Origin: Tubiluchus corallicola
Lineage: Eukaryota > Animalia > Priapulida
Assembly: GCA_030141605.1 (NCBI GenBank)
Contig: JAQGDQ010000020.1
Span: 744,001-808,000 of the forward strand
Length of the DNA: 64,000 nt
Direction: 5' to 3'
Shown here: positions 12,290-25,879 of the stretch, piece after piece
How the letters are laid out: the number at the start of each line of letters is the position of its first letter
Numbering within the stretch: the first letter of the stretch is position 1
Notes under the pieces: model-generated
What the model saw: only the letters and a program-made list of their open reading frames with translations
Told to the model about the DNA's origin: nothing
The model's database searches: none
Program-made: the position numbers and the translations under genes

Positions 12290-13080
12290 TAGTCTACGCT
12301 TTCATAAAACTGCCCGTCTTACAAGGAGTTTTGGGGCGTTCGGGGTGGAAACAATAGGTATCCTCAAAAGGGGCCAAAAATTGCATCATAGGGTACATGG
12401 CTAGATGTCTACAATTGTAGGTGGTACTATCGTGAATTAAAAAACACCAAATCTGACGAGAACTGCTCGGGCAATATGGAATCTCACCATTATGGTTAGC
12501 GGTCAGAGGGCCGAAAATTACACCATAAAGTACATGGTTAATTTTTCTGCCAAAGTGTAGGGGACATTGTACTGTTTGAAAAATGTCCAATCCTAATGAG
12601 GTTGGCGGGACAAATTAAAAATCAGACGACCTGTACTGGACAACGATTATAAGAGATCAAAAGTTGCGTAATACCGTATTTACGTCAAACAAGTTACTGA
12701 AATAAATTTAATATTCCATTAATAAGAGAATTAACTGAATATTAAACACTAATTGGAACAATATTGTAACTATAGAAAATATAACTGTAATTTTAAATAT
12801 AAATATAAATTTTAAACTCAATCGCAAAATCTTTAGTAACAAAAACCATTAGTATGGTCATAATTTTAATTTTCCTCGTCACCAATTGCATCTTCACTAA
12901 TAATCACATCGTCACCAAAACATCGTCATCACCACCATCATCGTCACTTTCCTCATTCAAGAAGATTTCATCCAAGGAAACGGCCACTTGTGGTCCCCCA
13001 AACCACTTTGGTGCATACTTACTGTTTTTTTAATATCCATCCATTGTCCACGAGATTGCACATCCATCAGGAGGGAAAGT
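12290..13080 (-). mobile_element. Academ-like DNA transposon 3' fragment
   Basis: Minus translation near 13065-12900: NLVDNGWILKNSKYAPKWFGGPQVAVSLDEIFLNEESDDD, like the GW...WFxGxQ acidic C-terminus of XPG-type Academ transposases; TAGT-starting end at about 12290. Confidence 0.5.
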
Positions 13081-13089
13081 AGAAAACAA

Positions 13090-13620
13090 TGAAGTTAAAT
13101 ATCGATGGCGGAGATAATGGACAGGCAGAGCATTCTTGCTATTTGAGGAGTTGGGAAAGTAACAAAAAACGGCAGTTATGAGAAGGAAATAAAATGCAAA
13201 AGTGCAGACTTAGTTTGCGAAGTTAAGAAAGTTTATATGAAATCAAAAGATTAGTGTAACGACAGGAAAATGACGCATGTTATGTTGGTCAGTTTTGCTA
13301 CATGGACGGATGGACACTGAAGTAAGCAGGCACAAGTAAGCGACTGGAAGTCTTAGAAATGTGCTGTTACTGAAGCATGCTGAACGTCAGTTAGAGAAGA
13401 AAAGTCACGAAATGAAAAAGTGACAGGAACGTTAAAGGAGAAAAAACCTGCTGGGATATCATCGTCAAGAAGAAAGCTTAATATTGTGGACATGCTTTAA
13501 GGTATAGCGAACTGATACAGAGACAGATGAAAGAAATCGCAGGGAGAAGTACTAGAAGAAGGCAGCAAAGGACATGTCTAGACGATATCAGTAAGTGAGC
13601 CATGATTAAAAAAGGAATGC
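13090..13620 (+). mobile_element. RTE-clade LINE 3' fragment (decayed)
   Basis: Frameshifted relics CYVxSVLL..WTL, KRLEVLEMCCY*SMLNVS, YCGHALRYSELIQ and GRSTRRRQQRTCLDDISK match the RTE/BovB ORF C-terminus. Confidence 0.85.
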
Positions 13621-15682
13621 TATTGTTAATAAAGACAAAGACAATGGTGTCACACAAACACATTTTATGTAACCTGGTGAAGGGAGCAGTGGTTTCCCGA
13701 AATATCATTAATACTGATAAACCTTGTTGAATTTCAAGACGTTGTACAAAAAATATTTGACAATTAAATTAGTTATTTGAATGATATAGAGATTGCTTTG
13801 CTTCTATACATTTCCGTGATTTCTATCTTCTCGTTGCATACCATAAAGTTACTAAATTCCAATTCTTTATTATACCGTATTACCTATAGACAATGAGTAA
13901 AACTGTCATATACACCGAAAACGAAATAATAAAGATTCGCTGTAGAAAAATCGACAAAAGCTAGTGATTTTACTTACTTGTTGAGACAAAGAATAAAGCG
14001 GTACATAAAAAAAAGAACTGCCTATACGAATGATGCATCCCTCCACACAATGCCATGTCACACGCTGCTTGCAAGTTTGGTCGACTTTCAGTATTTTTGA
14101 AAATACTAACAGAAGTGAAAAGTCAGCGTATGTAACACTCATAAACAGTTCATCTGGGCTTTCACAAAGTAGTTCAAAAATCCTTCAAGTGTAGACAGTT
14201 AACTTCTTTGACAAGACAAGACTGCCACATTCCCCCGTATGGATGCTCTCCTTTTCTGCAGCTTCTCTGACTCTGAGTAACAGCGACTTCCGTATAAACG
14301 CTTTATTGATTCTGTCCTACAAATCAAGGCCATCTAGCTCAGAGCAGACACACTTGCGAACCCTGGAAATCAGTTCAAAACAAATTTTATGCTACTGTTT
14401 CATTTAAATTTTGCCTTTAACTTCGTCAACGCTCACAACTTGACAATATTTTTTTATAAATTTACTTTAGATTACAAATTTTGCAGCCATGGAACACTAT
14501 TACTGCAATTATGGCGAACTATCAAAATGTGTACATCAGCTGTAGCACATATATAATAAACCATTATATTTAAAGTTTGCTCTTTATAGATGTGATGGTC
14601 ACTTATTACTATTAAGACAGAATACAGATTAAAACAGTCTTACCTATTCACTAGATCCAAAAAACAAAAAGGTTAATTGTTATGTGATATATCCTTTCCT
14701 ATGCAGTTGGACAAACCATAATATTAATAATGATTGTAACAACATGTTACCTGTTAATCTACGCATGTAAGTACCAACAATTATAATTCTTTTGATTACA
14801 CTACATCAGATCTATAGATTAAAACATCGATTTTTATTCACATCATACGAATATCACCGCAGACAACATATATAACAATATATATATACGAGAGCCAGAA
14901 ATACAACAAATATAGATAATTTTAACCACGAATAGTCGCTGCAATATAAGAACACACACATCTCCTAGTTAAACTTAGCGCAAAGCCCATACCGTACTGC
15001 CTGAATACTTATGGATAAAAACGTTAGTAAAAACAATTTTAGCACCCTAAGCGACCACCAGCCCGACTGTCCGATAGAATGATTTAGTGTTTGCCTTTTT
15101 GAAATTATTATGCATTACAAAGTTAAACTTGTAATTGCTGAAAAGGCATGTAAAATATTACGAAAAACATTTGGTGCAATAAGGCGTAATACACGTGTTT
15201 ATCTCTCTATATAATTAGTGTATTCGATTATTAAAAGAAAAAGAGTAAACTAATATTAATTATACCGAGTAGTGATGCTCACTATTTAAAACTGTATTTA
15301 AAAAGTTCCATTTACCACAATATGAATCTAATCATGCCAATATTCTCAGTAGTAAGCAGTTTTGGTCGTATATTATACAAACAAATCAAATACATTGTTT
15401 TATTGAAAGCTGATGTTTGGCCGGCAAGTGAACGACGAATCCACATCAAATGCTAAAAAAATTGCGATCTGTCACTAGATTTTGATCAAACTAATACTGC
15501 TGAATAGATTGCGCCGGAAAAACGAACCGGTGGAGTTATTTTCATCAAAATTCGGCAAGCAGTTACAAACTTATCTAAACTTAAAAGGTAAGCAATCGAG
15601 TTGATCGATGCATATCTGAGATACCAAAAAGAGGATTTTGCTAAAAATAGTTTAAGAGCTCCCAAATAACGAATGTAATACA

Positions 15683-16121
15683 CGGCACGGAGTTGGAACC
15701 GGGTCTAGTAAACCGTGTCAACCGGTTTTTCCCTTTTTTACAAATCATTTGTAGAGTTATAAAAATAACCGTTCATTTTCACTCATTAATCAAAAATTTA
15801 AAATTCGTACACAAATTATATGCCTATAAATGCCTACATCGCTTGCCTAGTTAGTTAATATGGTAGGCCTATAATCAAAAAATAAATGTATAGTGCTGGA
15901 TGATGATGATGATGACGATGATGACGACGACGATAATGATGATGATTTGGTGATGACGATGACGAAAATATGGAGTAAGTATTTGTCTTTGCTTGTAAGT
16001 ATTCGTTGTACGCTTGTGCCAAATTTTTATCAAACCGGGGAACTTGAGTCACCGAGGGAGTTGAGTCAAATCATCGGGACAACCGTGTCAGACCCCATAA
16101 CCCGATTCCAATTCTCGTGCA
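15683..16121. mobile_element. Small TIR element containing a (GAT)n tract
   Basis: gcacggagttggaaccgggt on the left and acccgattccaattctcgtgc on the right form imperfect TIRs. Confidence 0.65.
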
Positions 16122-17154
16122 GTATATAAGTAGATTGAAGCTACCATATGCAGTACTGCACTTAATAAAAATAGCCGTTTAATAATATTTAATAGTACTC
16201 TGCAGTTGTTAAAAATTATTATAAAATTAAAAAACATATTTTTCCCAAAATCCAGCCTTAATTACTCGTATTTACAAACATACACAATGATCAGCAAACA
16301 AGTTTTTGAACGACTTATGCAGGAAATTCTAGTACTTTTCCACCCTCAACAAACTAAAATCTTCAATTCGAAATGTTTGAACAGCCTTACAAACTAACGA
16401 GACATTTTTTAATTTTGAAAAAAATACATAAGCAGAGCAGTGTATTTCGTGTAAATTTATATACATTAAAATTCGCTCACAAAACAGTGAACATCCGTTG
16501 TAAGCAAACAATAATTTTCCGAACAAGAATTAGTTGAAGAAAATTAACCACAGATGGCAGGATGAACATAGTGAGTAGTAGTGTTACGCAGTATAAACGT
16601 GCTCTAAGTGAGTCTTGAAGTGCGTGACGAAATTGTAATTGTAACAAGCATCACAATAGGAAGTCAGCACATGGCCTTTCAACATGTGGCAATAAAATTG
16701 TGACATATAAATGAACACGTAAAAATTCTTGGCTATTTACAGCATTGTGCAATATTTACTAACACATGTATTCGTGAAGTTGTCAGAATGAATCGCTAAA
16801 TAATAAGTGCATTGTGATTAATTAACAACATTGAAAATTACCTATATGTCTTGTGTAATTTGCTTATTAACTAGTTAGATAAGGAGTACAGCCTAAGTTT
16901 CTATGCAAATTCCCACAAATAGCGGGTACTATAATAGTCATACTTATTTTTATCAAACAACATTAAATCAATGGCACAATAATAAGTATTAAAGAATATT
17001 ACAATTACTCATCCAAAAAGATCATTCATAGTTCATTGGACGAACACAACTTGTAGAAAAGTGTTTTCTTACACAGAATATTTATATATTACACCGCGCT
17101 GTAAAAAACGTACCTTGTCACAAAAGTTCACTAAGGGAAAATACACACAGATAC

Positions 17155-17408
17155 TTAAACAAAAGCTAACCAACCGAATAATATTAATGCGCCGAATCTG
17201 AATATTTCCGCTAAGTTATTAATGGTATATTTTGACAAAAAACTTTTTCCTGCGCTAAAATTGCACAGGTCTTCTTCGCAGCATCTTGTGCATTTCCAGT
17301 GATCACCTGATTGTGAACCGCAGTCCATTCCTAATGCAACGGCTTGCTGATGTTGAACATTGCAAGGTCTGAGAGCACAACGTTTATTAATGATTAAACC
17401 TTCGTCTT
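17155..17408 (-). CDS. Ly6/uPAR protein B, last coding exon with GPI-anchor signal
   Basis: Not in the ORF track. Acceptor ttttttttatag; reads (K)DEGLIINKRCALRPCNVQHQQAVALGMDCGSQSGDHWKCTRCCEEDLCNFSAGKSFLSKYTINNLAEIFRFGALILFGWLAFV*. Shares CALRPC and WxCTRCCEED with gene A. Confidence 0.93.
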
Positions 17409-18469
17409 CTATAAAAAAAAAACAAGAACAAAAATAAAATTATCCATTAAAACCCTTGCGGACTGCGCGTCGCAGACGACGCTCATAACAAAGAGCAATG
17501 TAAGCTGTACAAAAATTCAACAAAAAAAGAATCGCATTTACAAAAACAGCTATTACTAAGCATCGAAATTTATCTGCTTTTATGAATGCATATATATATT
17601 TATATTATTTATTTATTTATTTAATTATTTATTCATTAATATATTAGGTTAACATACTGCTACACAGATTTTTCTCTAGGCTTGATGATGAAAAATAACA
17701 AAGTATGTAGAATAATTACTATGTAGACATTAAAGAAAATTAGCATGGCACATTGCAATATGCTTTGTAAGCTTAGCAGAATTCGGTTCAATTCTAACTA
17801 GCCATTAATACAATAGCATAAATAAAATAACATTAGATCTGAATTTTGATTAATTTCTACATTGTAACTCGTTAGTCTCATTGCTGCACTAATTGATGCA
17901 TTACAACATTTTCATCACGCATGACTTACTTGTAGATTAATAGATCTGAGCAGTGGAATTTTATCCAGTATATTAGTGTTATCAAAATTATCAGTTATTG
18001 TGTTGGACATAAATTATTGTGCGCATTGTATTAGTAGTGTGTTTTACTAATTTTTGTATAGGGATATATCTGTTTTTTGTACGTTTGTAAGTACTGCTTT
18101 ACATGGAAGAACTTCTGAAATTCAAATTCAAATCAATTTTCCGGTACAAACAACGCACTTATGCAACTTATCATTGTGATTTCTTTTAGACAAAAGAAAA
18201 CCAAGGCCAAAACACATACTTACCTCGAAGCTACGCAGCATGTATTACTGAATCGCAAAACTTATAATACCTTTACCCGTTAGCCGTTTCTTCTCCGAAG
18301 TACATAATACTTTTGAAGTAATAGTATAGATAGATAATTATTAACTTATCTGCCAGCAAATAGAGGCAGTGTATATATTGGCATGTAGTTGGTAGCTTTT
18401 AATTTTTTATTTTTGTATTTTATGATATAAGGGCGAAAGGTTTGAAACAAATTAAGGTGTATGTCTATC

Positions 18470-18748
<279 letters not shown>

Positions 18749-20075
18749 AAAGTGTCAAAGATAAATTCTTCTGCACCTTTCCTCTTAAATATAATGCGGA
18801 ATTTTTATTAGGCAAAGCATGTCATTCTTTTGTTTCAGATATACTGTTCCTAAGCATTTTATAGAATACTGAATAAATTTTGGGTAACGTGAAAGTTAAA
18901 CAATTGTTTTTGTTGAAATTTTCCTAGGCATTCTATATAATGAAGTGTAGAAACTGTAGAAATTCGGTGCAAAGTGACGCTGTTGTTGTTGTTGATGTTG
19001 TTGTCACATTTGTCTTTGAAAGTTATCAGCCTAATACAGCTTTATCGGGCAGAAATTTTGCATGGTACCACGGATCATTGCACAGACGTTCAGTATCCAA
19101 ATAGGCCAGTTAAACGTATGATGCCCATTAAATAGATTTAACCTATGCATTGTTGTATGGTTACATACTTGGGGTTTCTTACATTCTAATATATAAATAG
19201 GTCTTCTTTAAATACGCACTATTTAATTTTTTCCGAAAAACAGATAATGACCACAGTAAACACTGATAAATGAATTTCTTCTGGAAAGCATTAAATGAGA
19301 AAAACGATTAGCTAGATTCAAGGAAAATTAGTATTTCCATTCTAATAGTGTTTCACGTAGGATGGATGAAGAAATGTTTAGCTACACGGTGTTTAAAATG
19401 AGAAGAACGATTTTACACTGCATTACAAAGTGGCAAGCATTTATAAAGCAACGAACACAGTTTTTATAAGTGACAAAAATACCAGTAATTTTTTAATCAT
19501 GACTTAATCATGAATGACTTTAAAGTTAATGCATTACTGCCTATGGTACATTGTGTTATGGTTATTCCAACAAGAAAGCAATCATATGGCACCTGTACAA
19601 GAAGGAAATGGTGTTAAAAATGAACTGATTCATATACCTTGTGACACACGTTACATCGCCGAATTATTCTAAAATAGTTTAGAATCCCACAATTATTCTA
19701 AAATCGGTTATTTTATTATTTAATTCTTGCCACTCAGTTTTACATTTTTATTTTTTATAAAAGTTTTTTTAGATTGCCAATAAAACAATTAACTTGCATG
19801 TTTACTTGAACTTCTTGCATAATTTAATATATTGGCTAAGCCATTTTACGCAAGTGCCTACATATATTAAATTTAAGAATTACGTTCATTTTATAATTTG
19901 CCAAAGCTACTTTGCGCATTCTGCTTAGGTCCTAGCTTAGGACAAATCGTCTGTGAAACGTGAAAATGCCGCAGCTAAAACATTTATTTCACACTTTTCC
20001 AGACATGTATAGGTGCAATATGAAATCATTTATAGGTACAACATCCAAATTTCACGCGTTGCCTGTAATATATAC

Positions 20076-20301
20076 ATGTTTATACTATTTCAATGGAAGG
20101 ATTTAGCATCATCATCATCATCATCAAAACCAAAACTGACTTTGTGTAAAAAAAAACGAAATTTCAGCACTTCAAAAGTTTAAAAACAAATGTTTATACT
20201 ATTTCAATGGAAGGATTTAGCATCATCATCATCATCAAAACCAAAACTGACTTTGTGTAAAAAAACGAAATTTCAGCACGTCAAAAGTTTAAAAACAAAT
20301 A
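20076..20301. repeat. Tandem duplication, 114 bp first unit
   Basis: atgtttatactatttcaatggaagg...aaaaacaa twice; copies differ in CAT and A run lengths and one substitution. Confidence 0.95.
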
Positions 20302-20561
20302 AGGTAACTGTTCTACAAACAGTTAATGTGTCTACTAAATCTTGGTCATTTTGACCATCCTGATTGTGTGACGATTTATTTAATGTGATTTGAATCAAAA
20401 TACGAATTTTTAACGTTAAGTAACGTTGATTATTGGTCAAAATGGCAATCAGGACTAAAACACGGACTTACTATTCAGTATCATATCAGCGTGAGAGTTT
20501 TAATCCAAAAAATGTAAATTAGATTAGAGTAGGAAGTGCTAAGTAAGAAAAAAATGCTTAC

Positions 20562-20693
20562 TGTGATATTCGACCACTGTTTCGCATGTGTCGGTTGAAG
20601 TTGGCTTCGTCGAGCAATCTGCTATGTTGGTTTCTTGGCTGCAATTTAAGTTGGACTTTTCGTTGGTGCACTCGTAACACTTAAGACTCGTAA
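20562..20693 (-). CDS. Ly6/uPAR protein B, internal exon (132 bp, phase 1-1)
   Basis: tttctttgcag acceptor and gtaagc donor; reads TSLKCYECTNEKSNLNCSQETNIADCSTKPTSTDTCETVVEYH; same length and phase as the gene A exon. Confidence 0.93.
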
Positions 20694-20864
20694 CTGCAAA
20701 GAAATACGAATTTTAATTTCCTCCACTGAAGACGCTGTTCCAACCGAGAATGTTTAACAAACCTGAAGAAGTCAAGTTATTCAATAATGACGTAAGGACG
20801 TTTGCATGTACTGTTATAACTATGTAAAAATCGTGATAGCTGCAGCAGCACTAGATCTTGCTGG

Positions 20865-21726
20865 GGTACGCTAAAAATAACACAGGAAAAATCGCACAAA
20901 CGGAAAAGCAAGTAAAAATGGCACAGGAAAAATTGCCCACATGGAAAAGTAGGGAAAATGGCACATGTTATTTTGATGCAATTGATTTTTTAATAAATCT
21001 AGAATGGGCTTAGTAGGAAGCAGATTTCCGCTAAAGCCGAACAATCCTACTTATTCATCTGTTCTTCTGATTAAAAAACTTGACACAAAGATAAACTAGC
21101 AAACACACAAAAATGTTCCTATATTGATATTATATAGAGTCTATATATTATATGGAGTTTATATAGAGTCTACATTGCTATAAATAGACTAGCAAAAGTC
21201 TCACAGATTTATAATCAATAATGCACGAATGTTCCGCATAGTGTTTATCTATCTTTTTAACCATTAATTTTGGCGATTGTAATAGACTGACAAATATATA
21301 TAACTACCAAATCACCTTATTAGGCTATACACATTAATAAAAACAGTTAAGTGGAGATAACAAAAAAGAAGCACTAAACACTCCCTCTGAAAGCTTCACG
21401 AAGTACTTCATGCATGTTTTTTACATTTTCCCATTTTGGCACCCCTTAAGCCCGCCTTTCTTCATGAAGTTTCTGGGAAATCTATTAGATAGTTTTTTGC
21501 GTAACAGGCTTACTGCCATAACAGACAAAAAACAACAAAACGAACTGTGTTGAAGAATAACTTTCTTGACAGAGGTAAAAGTAGCCAAAATAATTACTGT
21601 AACCCTAACCCTAAACAGACATTTTGCTAAGTAGTGTGCCATTTTTCCTGTGCCATTTTTACCTGTGCCATTTTTACCTACTTTTTCATTTGTCCCTATA
21701 CCTTTTTCCTGTGCCATTTTACATAC
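20865..21726. mobile_element. MITE family 'AAAAATGGCACAGG', copy 1
   Basis: Inverted arrays of aaaaatggcacagg and cctgtgccattttt; internal taaccctaaccctaa; core homologous to 40640-41695. Confidence 0.85.
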
Positions 21727-22849
21727 TGTATAGTATTCTGCACAAACAATGTTAAAGTAGAATCATTGTAAGCCATTGTAATAGTGCAAGACAGCTTGAA
21801 AGTAAAATTTGATGCAAAATTGATGCAAAGTTACCTTAAATCCTCCAGAATCTGCCAAAAAATATTTAACCGCATGTAGATAAATTTAAAAAGCGACCTT
21901 GTCTTAACTCGTTCCCAAAATAATAGCTAAAAGCCTCTTCGTAGTGTAGAGTTTTAACTGCGTTTGTATTAACTTATTATGTATACTATCTCATCATGAT
22001 ATGACGTAATTTATAACTAATTTTCATATTTATGCGTGTGTGTTTGCGGAGTGTGGACCACTTCCGAAATAATTTCGATCACACAAAAAAGTTTACCGAT
22101 TTTTGAAGCTTGATTTACACGTTTTCAAATCCTTCTACAACAAAGTTCTCTTTTTAAAAGTTCTGAAGCTTCCGTTGGGGATTGGCTGTTCGAGATTGAA
22201 GACCGCGCCATTTTACTACTGAAAGCAGGGCATGAATTATCTATCCATAGTCAGTATTCAGTCAGGCTTATCTGTACTGGTATGAAAGAATAAATAAAAA
22301 ATAGCTATGATCAACTGATTACTGTTCAGCGAGGAATGTTATGTGCGTTATGTGAGGGGATTAAGCAACTAGGGAAGAACAACAATGGGGTGTGTTTAGC
22401 AGCCGAAGTTAACCAACGTTTGGCATGTTAGTATCACTCGTGTGAACATTCAAAGCAGCCCTGCGTTGAGTAAAAAATAGTAAAGTGTCAACCACCTAAA
22501 CCGCATTAGCAATTTATTGAGCTATTATACACATAATTATACCTAAAAATGTGTTAGTTTGGGTAGTTTAGGTAGTTTAACTCCTTCTAACCTCCTCTAC
22601 CACTCTGAAAATTGTGGTTTGAACAATTTAAAAACCAAATACACCTACAGACAAAGATTCACCCATATATAAATCAGCAGGCAAGCCATGAGATAGACAG
22701 ATATGGGCAGGTAGGTACGTAAGTAGCAGGCGGAAAAATAAACTAAATTGTACTGTGATGTCGGTACACCAGTCAACAACACAACCAAACGTGAACACCA
22801 GATCACATTTTAGGGGACTTTCACTTACACTGGTATAACAAGATGTTCT

Positions 22850-23100
22850 TTTTTGATCCGGAGAGGGAATCAATATTCTCCTAACCTCTAACGTCATTAG
22901 ATAGTATTCACGACGAAGGCATGCCATCAAAGACTATACAACATTCGCTCAAAAGTAAATAATCTTTGAATGGTGTTTCTAAATGCACTGTTTGCCGATG
23001 ACGAAACTTCAAGAAGCACGGACACACACTCCAGGGAAATCTGTACAGTTATACAAAGACCAAGCATCGAATACTATAAATGTCCTTTCTAAACAAATAT
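22850..23100 (+). mobile_element. RTE-like RT fragment
   Basis: VFLNALFADDET (LFADD catalytic motif) at about 22975-23010, preceded by EGINI. Confidence 0.5.
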
Positions 23101-23685
23101 TGCATTGGGTGATACTAATAGCAGCCGTAATAATAAATCACAACAGATGAGTCTGTGGCTGACGATTTATGTGCATGACACTTTGTGCATTTTCACTTCT
23201 GCTTACTATTATAGTAGTACATCTGCATGCGATTTTTCTCTGAGTTTTTTGTGACTTATACAGTCACCAGAAACCAGTTTTAGAAAGCACAAAAGTTATT
23301 ATTGAGAATCAACAACAGACTCGTCGCAGGGTTATATAAAATGGGTTAGATTTTCAAAAAAAACACCTCACTAAAAGACCCTGTAATAAATCATGTGTAA
23401 ACAAAATTTCAAAAAGCCCATAATAAAGATGCAGTTAAAAGGTTAAGTAGTGCAAACGCTCTAGAAAATGAAGAGTCATGGGGATCAAAATTATGATTCT
23501 ATGGATCATTAATTAGATCGTTATTCGTTGGTAAAGAAGTGAATCCTTTAAGCCGATTGTTTACTTAAATAACTATTCAGTTATTTAGGTAAATTAAAGT
23601 CTACTTCACTTTTCATTCCGATTCGAGTTCTGACTCGAGACTTGGTAGTTATTTACAAAACACCCGATATCTAAAGCTGATTGAT

Positions 23686-23689
23686 GTTA

Positions 23690-23733
<44 letters not shown>

Positions 23734-23750
23734 ACGACTACAATGACGAC
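23686..23750. repeat. (GAT)n microsatellite
   Basis: Directly visible. Confidence 0.95.
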
Positions 23751-24359
23751 ACGAAGATCAAGTTAATATATGAAATAACATTTAATTGATAAAAAAATAA
23801 TTTACAATTTTTTACCGCTCACAATTCAAACAGCCAATAAATCATTTAATAGCTGCCTTATAATCAGAATACGTTTGGCAAACAGTTTTGTTTTTCATGC
23901 AAACATAAATTTATAGTGAATACATTTATTAATAGCTCAGCTACGAGAGGGGTAACTGGTTAACTTATAAATCATTCTTTCATTGTAATACTATTCTGTC
24001 CATATTGCATTAAATTTATTTTGTCAAAAACCAGTAACCAAACCGTTGACCGCTCACGTGACTGTTTATTAAAAATGGCCAACAGAAAGGAGATGGAAGC
24101 AAATGACACAAGAGGAAGCGTCGATAAGTGAGAGCATCTGAAATGCCTGTGTCGAAATATTATTGCCACATATTAACTTAATAAAATATTTCAAATTCCG
24201 TTAAAAACTTATGATATGCTACCAATAAATAATAAACTTTTCCCTGTGACTCGACTGTACCTGTGTGCAATCCATGTATTTATCCGAATTTTTTCAAGAG
24301 ATTCTGATCCTATCTTTGATGAGAGATGAGAAGAAAACCAGTACCGTATTCGAAATATC

Positions 24360-24760
24360 TAAATCTTGATGCCGCTCTCCATTTTTATAAACCTACTGTT
24401 TGGCCTTGCTGTTGTACTGCAGCTACACATCTGGACTGTATCTCGGCCTGTCACCGTAACTCAATTGGTATAATTACGGGTCTGATTGGGTCTGACTTGA
24501 GGTCAAGCTGCAATGTCTTCCTCCATGAGGGTCTCCTGCTACATGCACTAAATCTTTTTTATTGCTATCTTTACAGGATTTTTCTTCATTGCTTCATAAA
24601 TGTCGCATTTATGCAAACGAGTACTCCTTTCACATTGATTCCTCATATTGTCGTTGAGTATCCCTGCATGCAGGACAGCTGCTGCTGCTGCTATAAATGC
24701 GGTTTCATCGGGCTTCTTATATGTAGAATTTTGTACCAGCTATTGATTTCTTCATTAAAA
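24360..24760 (-). mobile_element. Highly decayed LINE (RTE-like) 3' end
   Basis: Relics LVHVAG and RPSWRKTLQLDL resemble WLGHVxR...RPxxxWRRTxxxDL. Confidence 0.35.
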
Positions 24761-25879
24761 AATTACTTGTTTCATTTTCAACAATGTTATCTTCTGCAAT
24801 TAAACATTCTTGTTTCAGAACATCCGATTTATATTTTAGTTTCTAACAATATATCCTTATTTGCGGAGTAGCAACTGGTCTTATATCATTGTTTGATGAT
24901 GCTTCACGAACCTTTGTTCTCTCAAGCTTTCTACAACGCACGTCGATTCATGCTGAATAGGTTCCATTACCAAGATTGTTACATACGTCCATAATGCAAG
25001 ACGAACGAAGATCTTGTGATAGCAGTATCTAAAATAACGCATGATTCCTTAACATTATAACATTTCTTAATAAATCGCTTAATTCTTACAGTAACAGTTC
25101 AACTGCTTCTAGATTGCTTCTAGGTGGATTTATGATCCGTGGCATAATATACTTGCCTTTTCTGCTAGGCAAAACTCCGTCACATTTTTAAGCTTTGGCA
25201 AATTGCTTAAGTTTTTTTGGAAACCGAGCCAATTTATCAAAATTTCGGTCCAATAATTTACTTTAAATGCTATAACTCTCTTAATAAGTTATAAGCAACA
25301 CATGATAAGGGTATAAATTTTCGGACGGCCCTTGAGTTTTCGATTTTTTACAAAAGAATCAGAATATGATTCAGGATAACATCGGGAAATGCACTTGCCC
25401 TTCTCTGCACAAATGCAATTTTAATTCGCTAGTTTTTGCTTCCAAAACTTTTTAATGAGAACTAAGATTTCTTGTGGCCATAAATTGAGTTAATATTCTG
25501 TATTATGCACATTTTGTAGAAAGTATTATTTACTACAAAGGTGCAATTTGGAAACTAGATCCCTCGGTGAGAATGCTAATACATGTAGTATGCACAGACT
25601 TTAAGCACTGTATCTTGTTTCCGCTGCAAAAATGTATTCTACACCGTATAATTAATCGAGTATAGGATTATTTTAATTAATAGAGGCCACACTTATTTTA
25701 ATTGTTCATACACCCACTTCCTGGTTATGAGGAATCTCCCAATATCTACACCAGCCCAGGCGATGAAGTTAGACTCGCTATCCACAATACAGAATCCTTA
25801 GATTTATATCCACTATATAAATCTAAAAGTTTAATTCAATCCCTGTTAGAAAGTCGCCACTTGCTATAATAAAGTTGTC

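Noticed and set aside
24058-24136. Hydrophobic LVSFASISFLLAIF with phase-1 gtgagc donor as signal exon for Ly6 B
   Set aside because: No in-frame ATG; would need an unidentified phase-2 upstream exon. Not fully excluded.
24326-24871. Longest ORF (181 aa, plus strand)
   Set aside because: No recognisable domain; antisense to decayed LINE-like sequence.
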